Shown: positions 49,555 through 59,531 of the stretch, piece after piece
How the letters are laid out: each line of letters starts with the position of its first letter
Numbering within the stretch: the stretch's first letter is position 1
Assembly: GCA_002269645.1 (NCBI GenBank)
Contig: NIVC01002947.1
Coordinates: 1-64,000, forward strand
DNA: 64,000 nt
Direction of reading: 5' to 3'
Source of the DNA: Macrostomum lignano
Taxonomy: Eukaryota
Made by a program: the position numbers and the translations under genes
The notes under the pieces: model-generated
What the model was told of the DNA's origin: nothing
The model's input: only the letters and a program-made list of their open reading frames with translations
The model's database searches: none

Positions 49555-50713
49555 CAGCACGCGGAGCCGTAGCGACAGCGGCCTGCACTCGCCTTTGGCT
49601 CCGTACTCGGCCAGCTGCGGCGCTCGATTGCTGTTGCTAAGGAAGAATGCGTTGCCCTTGCCGCCGGCGCCGCCCCTGGCCGCGATGTACAGCTGGGGTT
49701 TGATGGGGTGGCTGCGATGTACAGCTGGGGTTTGAGGGGGTGGCCGCGATGTACAGCTGGGGTTTGAGGGGGTGGCTGCGATGTACAGCTGGGGTTTGAG
49801 GGGTGGCCGCGATGTACAGCTGGGGTTTGAGGGGGTGGCCGCGATGTACAGCTGGGGTTTGAGGGGGTGGCTGCGATGTACAGCTGGGGTTTGAGGGGGT
49901 GGCTGCGATGTACAGCTGGGGTTTGAGGGGGTGGCCGCGATGTACAGCTGGGGTTTGAGGGGGTGGCTGCGATGTACAGCTGGGGTTTGAGGGGGTGGCC
50001 GCGATGTACAGCTGGGGTTTGAGGGGGTGGCTGCGATGTACAGCTGGGGTTTGAGGGGGTGGCTGCGATGTACAGCTGAGGTTTGAGGGGGTGGCTGCGA
50101 TGTACAGCTGGGGTTTGAGGGGGGTGGCTGCGATGTACAGTTTGGGTTTGAGGGGGGTGGCTGCGATAAAAAAGTGCCCCTCAGCCGCAAACCGCAAACA
50201 ACTTACCTGGCCGTCCTCCTGCAGCTCGCACAGCAACTGGCCAGCCTCATCAAAAACCTGCGTGCCAGGCGGCACGTCCAGCATCCGGTGCTCGCCGTTC
50301 CGGCCGTGGCAGTTGGAGCCGCCGCCGCCGCGACCGGCCTCGGCGCGAACCTCCGGCGGGATGGCGCTGAGGTCGCGTACGGACTCGCTGCAGCGCAGCA
50401 CCACGTGGCCGCCGTGGCCTCCGTCGCCGCCGCCGGGCCCGGCCAGGGGGTTGCAGAACAGCCTGTTGAACGACACCATGCCGTCGCCGCCGCGCCCGCC
50501 CGAACACTGCAGCTGGCGCGAGTCGGCGAATCCTCGAACGTCGGCATCGCCGGCCGCCCGTCGCTTTCGGTGCAGCGGGCGAGGCGGCGACGTCGCCGCG
50601 GACGACGACGAAGCGAGGCGTCGACCAGCAAGCGACGACGACGACGGCAGCGCTCTGCCGAGAGCCAACAGCGACTGCGCCGTTCGGAGAAAAGTTGGCT
50701 GCAATATCAGGCC
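48629..50713 (-). CDS. MTG2: Mitochondrial Obg-family GTPase: complement(join(48629..48932,49337..49692,50207..50713)); no in-frame genomic ATG at the 5' end
   Basis: Obg fold ([17 protein letters not shown]...[45 protein letters not shown]), G1 [12 protein letters not shown]2 PFTT, G3 DIPG, G4 [24 protein letters not shown] fits MTG2/GTPBP5 better than GTPBP10. Basic, acid-free N-terminus resembles a presequence. Confidence 0.85.
49060..49212. repeat. 16-bp repeat AAACTCGAATCTCCAC in MTG2 intron 2
   Basis: Directly visible. Confidence 0.88.
49680..50168. repeat. 32-bp minisatellite (about 15 copies) in MTG2 intron 1; the unit contains the 3' splice site and the first bases of the next exon
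   Basis: Sense-strand unit CTCAAACCCCAG|CTGTACATCGC(A/G)GCCACCCC; real junction CCCCAG|CTGTACATCGCGGCCAGG. Confidence 0.95.
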
Positions 50714-50734
50714 CTGATTAGTACTGATGATTTC

Positions 50735-51400
50735 AAAACAAACCGGAAGCAAACAAAGACAAACCGGAAGTCTAAGAAACACAAACCGGAAGCAAAAACA
50801 CAAACAGGAAGAAAACAAAGACTCAAACCAGAAAAAAACACAAACAGGAAGAAAACAAAGACTCAAACCAGAAAAAACACAAACAGGAAGAAAACGAAGA
50901 CTCAAACCAGAAAAAACACAAACAGGAAGAAAACGAAGACTCAAACCAGAAAAAAACACAAACAGGAAGAAAACAAAGACACAAACCGGAAGCAAAAACA
51001 CTAACAGGAAGAAAACGAAGACTCAAACCAGAAAAAAACACAAACAGGAAGAAAACAAAGACACAAACCGGAAGCAAAAACACAAACAGGAAGAAAACAA
51101 AGACAAAAACCGGAAGCAAAAACACAAACAGGAAGAAAACAAAGACAAAAACCGGAAGCAAAAACACTAACAGGAAGAAAACAAAGACTCAAACCAGAAA
51201 AAAACACAAACAGGAAGAAAACAAAGACTCAAACCAGAAAAAAACACAAACAGGAAGAAAACAAAGACACAAACCGGAAGCAAAAACACAAACAGGAAGA
51301 AAACAAAGACACAAACCGGAAGCAAAAACACAAACAAGAAAGTAACAGACACAAATCTGAAGTCAAAAAGGACACAAACTGGAAGTTAAAACAAAGACTA
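50735..51400. repeat. About 40-bp A-rich minisatellite (T-rich on the gene-sense strand) in the TMEM70-MTG2 spacer
   Basis: AAACACAAACAGGAAGAAAACAAAGAC... reiterated. Confidence 0.92.
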
Positions 51401-51536
51401 AAAAATTATCAATTAAAAGCGACTGAAAGAAAGGAAGACAAAAAATTGACTGAAAATCAGACTTGCATTTGTATTTTATAGCTAAGCAATGGAGCAATGC
51501 TAATATTCTATAGCAATAAAGGAGGCGCAGAAATCG

Positions 51537-52124
51537 CTACTTGCTACTGCGGCCAGTAGTCTGTTGAAAAATTTTGGCCACAGAATCGAAGTCCAAGCTG
51601 GAGGCAGCGTCAACAAACAGTTTTGCACCGTTGCTGGGCACGCTTAAATTAGCAAACGGTATGCCAGTCTCTGTCAAGGCAACTTCGTCTGGCCGGAAAT
51701 CGATAAACCGATTGCGCAACAACACAGTCTTGGTCACGGCTCGGTAGGCGGTGCCATCCGTGTTGGCAAACAGCCAGAACACGTAGGAAGATGTGAACAG
51801 GTGCAGCAGCAGTGGGGTGGCCAGGGAGAACAGGCCCAGACCTCCAATGAGCACAGCATCCACCGCTCCGCCCCTGCCAGCCATGATAACAAAGGCCTGG
51901 CCGCACAGCCCAGCACTGCTTGTGGCCAGCGAGAAAGCTTTCACGCCTCGAACCATCGCATTCTTGGGGCCCCGGTAAACTAAACGATAGTTGGAGCCGG
52001 CAAGCTGCTCTTCTGCTTGGCTTGCCTGGCACAGGGACCTCTGGCTAGATTGACAGCTGGGTGGTAAACTCAAAAAGTTTGAATGGGTAGAAATTCTGAT
52101 GATGGCTCTTGATGCAGACAGCAT
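51537..52124 (-). CDS. TMEM70: Transmembrane protein 70 (mitochondrial ATP synthase assembly factor), single exon, 195 aa
   Basis: RLVYRG...VRGVKAFSLATS, FSLATPLLLHLFTSSYV..L, TAYRAVT..LL, F.PDEV match the family pattern. Presequence-like N-terminus MLSASRAIIRIS. Confidence 0.85.
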   Translation of the reverse strand: MLSASRAIIRISTHSNFLSLPPSCQSSQRSLCQASQAEEQLAGSNYRLVYRGPKNAMVRGVKAFSLATSSAGLCGQAFVIMAGRGGAVDAVLIGGLGLFSLATPLLLHLFTSSYVFWLFANTDGTAYRAVTKTVLLRNRFIDFRPDEVALTETGIPFANLSVPSNGAKLFVDAASSLDFDSVAKIFQQTTGRSSK

Positions 52125-53951
52125 TGCAGAAGCAATGAAGCTGAAAGTAGTCAGAAATAAAACTAAGTCGAATGGACAGTGAAATTTTAGACTTTGTGCA
52201 TATTATGCATCCATGATTTTTATACAATCTATAAGGAATAATGTAAAATGATTGAATGAGGTTCGAAACATCAACTGTGGTGATGATGAAGATTTAATAT
52301 GAAATATTACTGCACAAGAAAACTACTTAACCCTCTCGATTTTAAACTGCCAAATAAGTTTTATTCATTTTTTGGCTAAAATTAATTAGTTGATATTCTC
52401 CCTAAATCTACTTATAAATCATTGTTAACTGTCACTACTCAATTTTTTTTTATTTTGCCTTTAAAATTAACAAAACAACAAAAAAGATCTCTTTTATTGA
52501 ATGCAGAGTTTTATTTTCATAGGATTTCATACAGGAAAGATATAATCATTCTAGTCTGATTATCAAGTCCATGGAGAGAACTCAGCTTTATATCTTAAGT
52601 CAAAAGCAAGCATTTGGTATGGAATAAGCAAGTGCTAGCATAGTAATGGATCCAAATATTTGGATTTGAAATCAAAATGCATAAAATGTCTAACTTTTTT
52701 AGACATTTGAATGTTTTGAATTTAAAAATATTTCCAAATATCTGAAAATGTGCTTCTAAATATGAAAAAATTCAAGAAACCAAAAAAATGTAAAAATTAA
52801 AGAATAAAACTTTTGAAAGAAGACAGTACATTAAAAATTAAAATACTAAGTTTTATATTTTATTGTTCATTTTTACAATTGACAGTTTTTGCAATGGCAT
52901 ATATAGTTATAGTTATCAAAAATGTTATTAAACTTTGGGACCTTTTAAGGCATTAAGCCTGAAGTTGAAAAGTTTTTTAGGTAATCATTTTTAAGTGTAA
53001 TCATAACTTAGCTTTTCAAAATGCAAATGCATAGACTATACAATATATATTTATGCATTGCATTATACATGTATTGTACTTTGAAATTAATTATCTGGAT
53101 TCATCATTCATTTATGTGAGAGAGTTTACAAGAACAATTCTTAGCACAAATATAGCCATGAACATAGTACATAATAGAATACAATATAATATAATACATA
53201 ATACAATAATATATATATAGGCCAAAAGGCCTAAAATATGCAGAGGGGCCTAACATAGGCCTAGTAAACAAAGTTACCATTATTTTAAAGTGCTAGGCCT
53301 AAAATTGAGAGTTGCAATTAATAGTGATCACATTTAGGCCCTAAAGGTTCACTGATTCAATAATTGGCTAATTGATGAAGTGGGTTGAGGGCATTCCATC
53401 TTATATACTAAATCTGAAAATGTTTGTAACTTTGTTTATAAGTTTCGCATCTCCTCTTGAACCACTTGGTAGATTTTCGTCAAATTTGTTTCATTCGATG
53501 TGGAATTCTACTGGGCCCATGTGGTCTAATTTTCATTTTGATGTTGTAGTGTGAAGCCTCTGAAATTGGAGAAATACTGTACTTCGCCTATCTAATTAGT
53601 GTATTTTTCTCGCAGTCAGAGTTAAATTTTCAATTTTATATCTATGGTGGTCCGTGAAGTTGACTACGCGGCCGCAGCATCAGCAGCAGCAGCAGCGGCG
53701 GCTCGAGTCTAAATAAAGTCTTTCAATATATAAAGCTAATTATATAGTGTATTTTTCTCGCATTGATTTTATAACCTTGAAGTTCTTTAAGGTGAGTTCA
53801 ACCGGTGAGTTCAACCGTGAGTCTGTTCAACTTCGATTCATTCATATTCGTGCTGGATTGGAGTGATTTGTCTGATCTTCTGTTTGTTTGTTTGTCGGCC
53901 TGAACCGGTTGACCAGTCTCAACAATTTCATGTGAATGTGTCTCTTAGTTT

Positions 53952-54310
53952 TTGATACCTGGGCGATTAATCATTAAGGAATTGCGAAACAATATCTTAC
54001 AATGTCAAATTGCTGCTGGTCAATTCAAAGGCGAAACAGTTTTGTTGCCGCGCGTACCATTGATACCAAGTAATTTGGATCTACCTGTTAAGTTCAGAAG
54101 GCTACAATTTCCTCTACGACCCTGTTTCTGCATGACTATTCATAAAGCACAAGGCCAATCCCTTGACGTAGTTGGAATTGACCTTGCAGGTAGCTGTTTT
54201 GTGCATGGACAGCTCTACACTGCACTTTCCAGAGCAAAAAATGTTTGTAATGTTTGAGTTCGAATGTGCGGCAAAAGAACCAAAAATATCGTTTACCCAG
54301 AAGTTTTTTG
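53952..54310 (+). pseudogene. C-terminal fragment of Helitron RepHel PIF1-like helicase
   Basis: GETVLLPRVPLIPS...FRRLQFPLRPCFCMTIHKAQGQSLDVVGIDL...FVHGQLYTALSRAK, then a stop and the typical TKNIVYPEVF end. The Rep domain and most of the helicase are absent. Confidence 0.9.
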
Positions 54311-54564
54311 AATTGGACGTCTTTATTATCTATTAATAATTTTTTATAATTCAATTTAAAAAAAATATGTTGCTATTTTACTATGAGCCACAATTAAATA
54401 TTGAAAGTGCATGCTGTCACGCAAAACGTCTATGAGAAAATGTGTGTCCTGAAACTGTATTTTTCGCGGAATGCATAAGCTTGAGATGCATTTCTAGCTT
54501 AAGATGAATTTCTAGCTGCAAGTAGTAAATTCCATTAAATTTGTCTTCATCGTTATGTTAAAAG

Positions 54565-55735
54565 ATGGCAAGCAAGCTAAGCAAGTTAACGATTTCTTCT
54601 CTCTCTGTCGGTCCCATGCACGGCGTAGTCTCCGGAATTACTTTGTTAAGAACTGAGGTAAGCTTCCATAATTTGCTATTTTGCTTCATATATATACTTT
54701 TTTTAAAAAATCAATCCACTTAAACAACATCGTTTTTTACTAAACCAGATTAGGGATGGCAAGAAGAACAAATGGTTTTCGTTTTTGATGTCAGATGAGT
54801 CAGGTGAAATCAGAGTGGCAGTTTTTGGCGATGAGTTGCAAGAACACTGGAGCATTTGCGAAAACAGGCAAACAATCTCCATCTGTGAAGGAATGGTAAA
54901 GTGTGCTAATCCAAAATTCAACTGAACAAGCAATATGCATGAAGTTACTCTGTCAATCAATGAGGATAACAAGGACTCTCTCCGCCAGTGTAGCGATGCG
55001 ATAGTTCCCATAAATGGTCCGTTCAAAGCGCTCTCCGAACTACCAAGAATTGGAGTGAATGGGTAAGTCCATCCTCAAAATGTAGAATAAACAGGAAGAT
55101 ATATATACTTCACACATTTTCATTCTTCATATTTTCAGTTTTGTTGATGTTCTCGGTGTCATTGTCAAAGTGGAACAACCCGTTGACGTCAACACGCGTT
55201 CCGGAAAGTTGGTGCAGCTCGCAAAAGTCTGCATCGTAGACAAATCTGGTTTTCAGACTTTTTGCAACTTCTGGGACGCCTCTGCTACCCAGGTACATTT
55301 GTGGAGACCAGGAGACATAGTTGCTATTAGAAAAGCCAAGATTCAAGAGTACGCCGGCTCGCTTTGTCTTGGTTGCTCATCATCAACTATTTCGTATTCG
55401 CCTGTTCATGACACTGCTCAAGATCTGAAAACCTGGTACGAAGAGTCTGAGAGCAGCACCCAATTTCTACCGCTAGCTAATAGCTCAACTATGGACATTA
55501 CTGACACCGCAGCTGACGACGTGCTTGCATTTGAATTCCTAGCATCGATGCAGCCGCATATCGACCGGATGCGTCGAGTTGTTATCCGCTGTGGAGCGCA
55601 ACGGGTACTTATATATACATATGTATATTAACGGGTATGATTTGACTTTTTAATAGATTGTACTTGAAGAACACATTAATACACTTTCCATTTTAGTACG
55701 TCGGCCTGTTGAACATTTGTAACGAATTCCTATGA
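54565..55735 (+). pseudogene. RPA70-like ssDNA-binding gene (OB-folds A and B), 4 exons: join(54565..54657,54749..55062,55139..55604,55697..55735), one in-frame TGA at 54923-54925
   Basis: GVVSGITLLRTE|IRDGKKNKWFSFLMSDESGEIRVAVF aligns ungapped to RPA70 DBD-A as recalled. KCANPKFN and FVDVLGVIV...IVDKSG...NFW...VAIRKAKIQEYAG...SSSTISYSP...AQDLKTWYE fit DBD-B. GT-AG introns keep frame. Confidence 0.82.
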
Positions 55736-56994
55736 AAGATGGAAAGCTTACGGGAAACTCCCTGAAAAATACGGGAATCTGCTACAACCCCAAGTAACCG
55801 AGGATATTTTATGGTTAAATAATTATTTAGGATATGCTGCAAGTAATTTTAGGTTGCTGTTTAAGTTAATTGTTGTCGATTACGTTAAGATTCAATGCTG
55901 CTGAAAATTTCAATTTGCTAGATCAAACTTTTGTTCTCAAACTTTCAAGCAAATTAACTACTACTTAAATTTGTTCCAGAATTTTTAATCGAATAAAACT
56001 AAACTAACCCAACTAACTAAACTATACTAACTAACGAAATTCACCCGCAAAAATACAATTGTAACCTTATGCCACATGCTAAAAGTAATAATTAAAAGCG
56101 AGTCTCTGAAATAAAAAGTGATAAGTTCGCCCGCAATAACTTCAACATGTCCATGGTCGGATGCTTTTCTTACTTGTTCTGTATATCAGCATACTTTTGA
56201 GTACAAAATGGACGTCAGTTTTATTTGATTGTTAATTTAGGCCTTAAAAATCCAATGGAAGATTGCATCTAATCCAAAGAGAACTGTACAGTCTCCCCCC
56301 GAAAGGGGGGGGGGGCAAATTCTCTAGTCCAATATACTAAAGTTGAAAATGCTTGTTTATATAATCTGCATCTCCTTTTTTTAAAGTGTTTGACGTATAG
56401 ACATGGGATTTGCACCATTCGATGCAAAATTCTCCAGCAGTTGTGTATGACTAATAAAAACAGGGTGTCTAACCTTAAGAAATGGGTGAAAATGTACAAA
56501 AACCTGTTTTTTCCTATCTCTCCAATGTATTTTGACCTTGCTCCCTTGAATGATATAGTCTGTGGCAAAAACTGTGTATGTTAAAATTCTGCCAAGTAGC
56601 AACATGTATATTTTTCTATTTGTCTATTTGGGGCTAATATACTGCCTATGTTGAAATTCTACTAAACAGCTACCAGAGGTACATATTGCGCAGCTAAATA
56701 AACAATGAGAATATAGTCCGAAGCATCTAAAGAATGAGTATACAAGTGCACAATCTGACAGACAAGATGCCACGCGTGCTCATGCTGATGAACTGCAAGC
56801 TAATGAGACAGATGTAGAGCACTTGGCTAGAGTGAATGCTGTGCCTAGTTGCACTAAAAAAAGGTAAGCTGCTGAGACCAATGCTGAGCAACAGCCTCGC
56901 CTGAAATACAATAGAGTGCACAGAACTAAGGCACATTAATATTACTGGCCCAGGCGATGCTCGAGAAAGTGTTCCATTTCTGATGCAAGATAGA

Positions 56995-57400
56995 GTTCAG
57001 ATCTCTCCAATCAGGGGTGGTGGAAACTGTTTTTTCTGGGCAGTAGCTTATCAGTTTGCAGGCATGCCATTGCAAATACTCAACCATTGCAAAGTTGGAA
57101 GCTTAATGGCTACTGCTGCATCCAGACTGTTAATGGAACAGGCAGAGATTTTGTAGTCACAAGGCCTGAAAGTTGACGAGATTGTTTATGACACTCGATA
57201 AGATTGCGTTTATGTGCACAATTTTGTCGTACCTCTACTTGACAGAGTATTTGACCACAACTTGGAAATATATCAGCTAGACGAACGTAATGCTAGCAAA
57301 ATGAATCTTCTTCAAGCTTCATTATCAGCCACCAGGCCACCTCTTGCCATTGCTAGGTTGCTCTATAGTATTTCAGTACTGTTATTGTGCCTCATATGTG
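56995..57400 (+). pseudogene. Decayed OTU-like cysteine protease remnant
   Basis: ISPIRGGGNCFFWAVAYQF resembles the OTU motif GDGNCxFRA (D>G and R>W are single-base changes). Downstream sequence is interrupted by stops and frameshifts. Confidence 0.5.
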
Positions 57401-57451
57401 CTCTACTCTATGAAACCATGCCACTTTAACACCACTTTTTTACGAAACCAG

Positions 57452-58440
57452 ATACGAAATGGCACTAAGAACAAGTGGTTTTTGTTTGTGACTTCAGATG
57501 AATCAGGTGAAATCAGAGTGGCAGTTTTTGGCAATGAGTTGCAAGAACACTGGGGCATTTGTGAAAATGGACTTGCTATTTACATCCACAACGGAATGGT
57601 AAAGTGTGCCAACCCAAATTTCAATAGGACAAGCAATCCTTATGAAGTTACTCTGTCAATCACTGAGGACAACAAGGACTCTGTACCAGTGTAGCAATGC
57701 AATAGTTCCCATTGTTTGTCCATTTAAAACACTGTCTAAACTACAGGGAATCGGATTAAATAGGTAAGTTCATGCTGAAAACATTTGAATAAACAAGAGA
57801 ATTTTTTATTTCACATATCCTTCATTTCCATTCCTCACATTAACAGTGTGGTCAATGTTCTCAGTTTTATTGTCAAAGTAAAGCAACCTGTTGACGTCAA
57901 GACGCATTCTAGAAAGTTGGTGCGGCTAGCAAAAGGTCAGCATAGTGGATAAATCTGGCTATCAAACAACTTGCAACTTCTGGGAAGCTTCTGCTTTTGA
58001 AGTACAATCATGGTGAACAGGAGATGTGGTGGCTATTCAAAAAGCTAAGATCTAAGAGTATTCCGGTTTGTTGTGCCTGAGCTGTTCTTCATCAACTATT
58101 TCATATTCACTTATTGATGATATGGCTATGGCTCAGGACCTACACAGCTGGTACGAAGAGCTTGAAAGCAGCACCAAATTTGTACCACTAGCCAACAGCA
58201 CTACAATGGACAGAACTGTTGATACTGCAGCCAATGGCAAACTGGCACTGGAATTCCCCGCATCGATGCAGTTGCATTTTGACTAGATGCATCGCATAGT
58301 TATCCGATATGGAGGAAAACAGGTAATTTTTTGCCAGTATGATTTTACCTATAATTATTCTTACTTCAAAAATGCACAAATGCACTTTTCATTTTAGTAC
58401 ATGGGCCTGCTGAATGTAATGAAGGATTGAAAAGTTTTGA
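57452..58440 (+). pseudogene. Second RPA70-like copy (exons 2-4 only), multiple stops and frameshifts
   Basis: IRNGTKNKWFLFVTSDESGEIRVAVFGNELQEHW...KCANPNFNRTSNPYEVTL and CSSSTISYSL...AQDLHSWYEE. Same intron positions as copy 1. Confidence 0.8.
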
Positions 58441-58559
58441 AACACGTGAGTCTACTGCAACCCAAGCTACTGAGGATTGCTTGCTGAAGATTTGTTTGAG
58501 TTTTTAACTACTGAGTTGTTAACTGAACATGACAAAAGTTTACATAGCTATTGATGCTG

Positions 58560-58690
58560 TTTTGTTTTGTGCATGGTCAACTCTACACAGCCCTTTCCAG
58601 AGCAAAAAATGTTTTTCAAGTTCAAGTTTAGATGTTGGTTGTTGTCTAGTTAAAAAAAACGAAAACATTGTTTACCAGGAGGTCTAAATA
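58560..58690 (+). pseudogene. Second Helitron helicase tail fragment
   Basis: CFVHGQLYTALSRAKNV and a frameshifted NIVYQEV*. Confidence 0.75.
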
Positions 58691-59358
58691 AACTAAAACT
58701 CAAAGCTCAAAAACTGCCTGTCTATTGGCTTCAATGCTCAATTATCTAAATTCATGACTTTCCTTTAAGCTGTGTTCATACATGCTCTTCTTGAAAAAAT
58801 ATGACATTATTTTATTATGATGTGCGATAAAATACTGAAAGTATATATTGTCACGCCAAATTCACTCACTCCTTCTATGGGAAAAGCTTCTCCTTACACT
58901 GTTATTTGCAAGTGCATAATCTTGAGATAGTGAGAATTGCTTGCTTGCTTGCTAACTAAAAAATGGTAGCAAGCTAAGCTTTAGTTAGGCCTAGTACATT
59001 TTGACAACATATTAAAGACAAAATTCTAATAGCAAACAAGTATAAGAAATTTGTCTTTACTTCATTTTTTATAAACATAAAATACCACATTTTACTCATC
59101 AAACAGCATTGACCATTGTTACTCACATCTAGGCCAGCCTCATAGAGTCAGTTAGGCCTAGACCTAGTCAGTCTAGCAAAGGTCTAAAACATTAAACATA
59201 CTAGACAATAGATATATCTTAATTCCCCACAGAACCCCCTTGACATATTACATATATATAGGCTCTGAGGACTGAGTTGCAGATCTAGAATTCAACTTCG
59301 TCTTGACTTCTAAGTTTAACTTAATAAGAAAGGCAAAACATATCAAAATATTAGCTTT

Positions 59359-59531
59359 GGAAGTGGTTATTTTACGGCTGAGCCATAGATATAGCCAGCG
59401 AGGTAAGTAATACAGTAAGTAATACTTACGGCTCAGCCGTAATAATAACAATTTTTGACATTTCTACGGCCAGCCGTAAAAATTAGAATTTGGGCTATAT
59501 CTACGGCTCAGCCGTAAAAATAACCACTTCC
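59359..59531. mobile_element. 173-bp MITE with about 38-bp TIRs and a 9-bp target-site duplication ATTAGCTTT (Mutator-like signature)
   Basis: Arms 59359-59396 (GGAAGTGGTTATTTTACGGCTGAGCCATAGATATAGCC) and 59493-59531 are near-perfect reverse complements. ATTAGCTTT lies at 59350-59358 and 59532-59540. Confidence 0.85.

Larger units (their letters stand above)
53399..56327 (+). mobile_element. Non-autonomous Helitron 1 (about 2.9 kb): 5' TC terminus, helicase C-terminal fragment, RPA70-like gene, 3' hairpin plus CTAG
   Basis: Starts A|TCTTATATACTAAATCTGAAAATGTTTGT... and ends CCCCCC-GAAA-GGGGGG (56295-56310), 13 nt, CTAG (56324-56327)|T. PIF1-like coding fragment inside. Confidence 0.7.
56328..58980 (+). 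mobile_element. Second, more decayed Helitron: 5' TC terminus abutting Helitron 1, RepHel N-terminal/OTU remnants, RPA70-like copy 2, helicase tail; 3' end not resolved
   Basis: TCCAATATACTAAAGTTGAAAATGCTTG resembles the 5' end of Helitron 1. Internal segments are homologous to 54195-54590 and 54749-55735. Confidence 0.62.

Noticed and set aside
50727-51352. Lys-rich and hydrophobic FV-rich ORFs
   Set aside because: Translations of the spacer repeat, starting at non-ATG codons.
59128-59168. TCTAGGCC...GGCCTAGA followed by CTAG|T as the 3' end of Helitron 2
   Set aside because: The stem is only 8 bp with a 19-nt loop, lies 1 nt from the CTAG and is unlike the element 1 terminus. CTAG is common locally.
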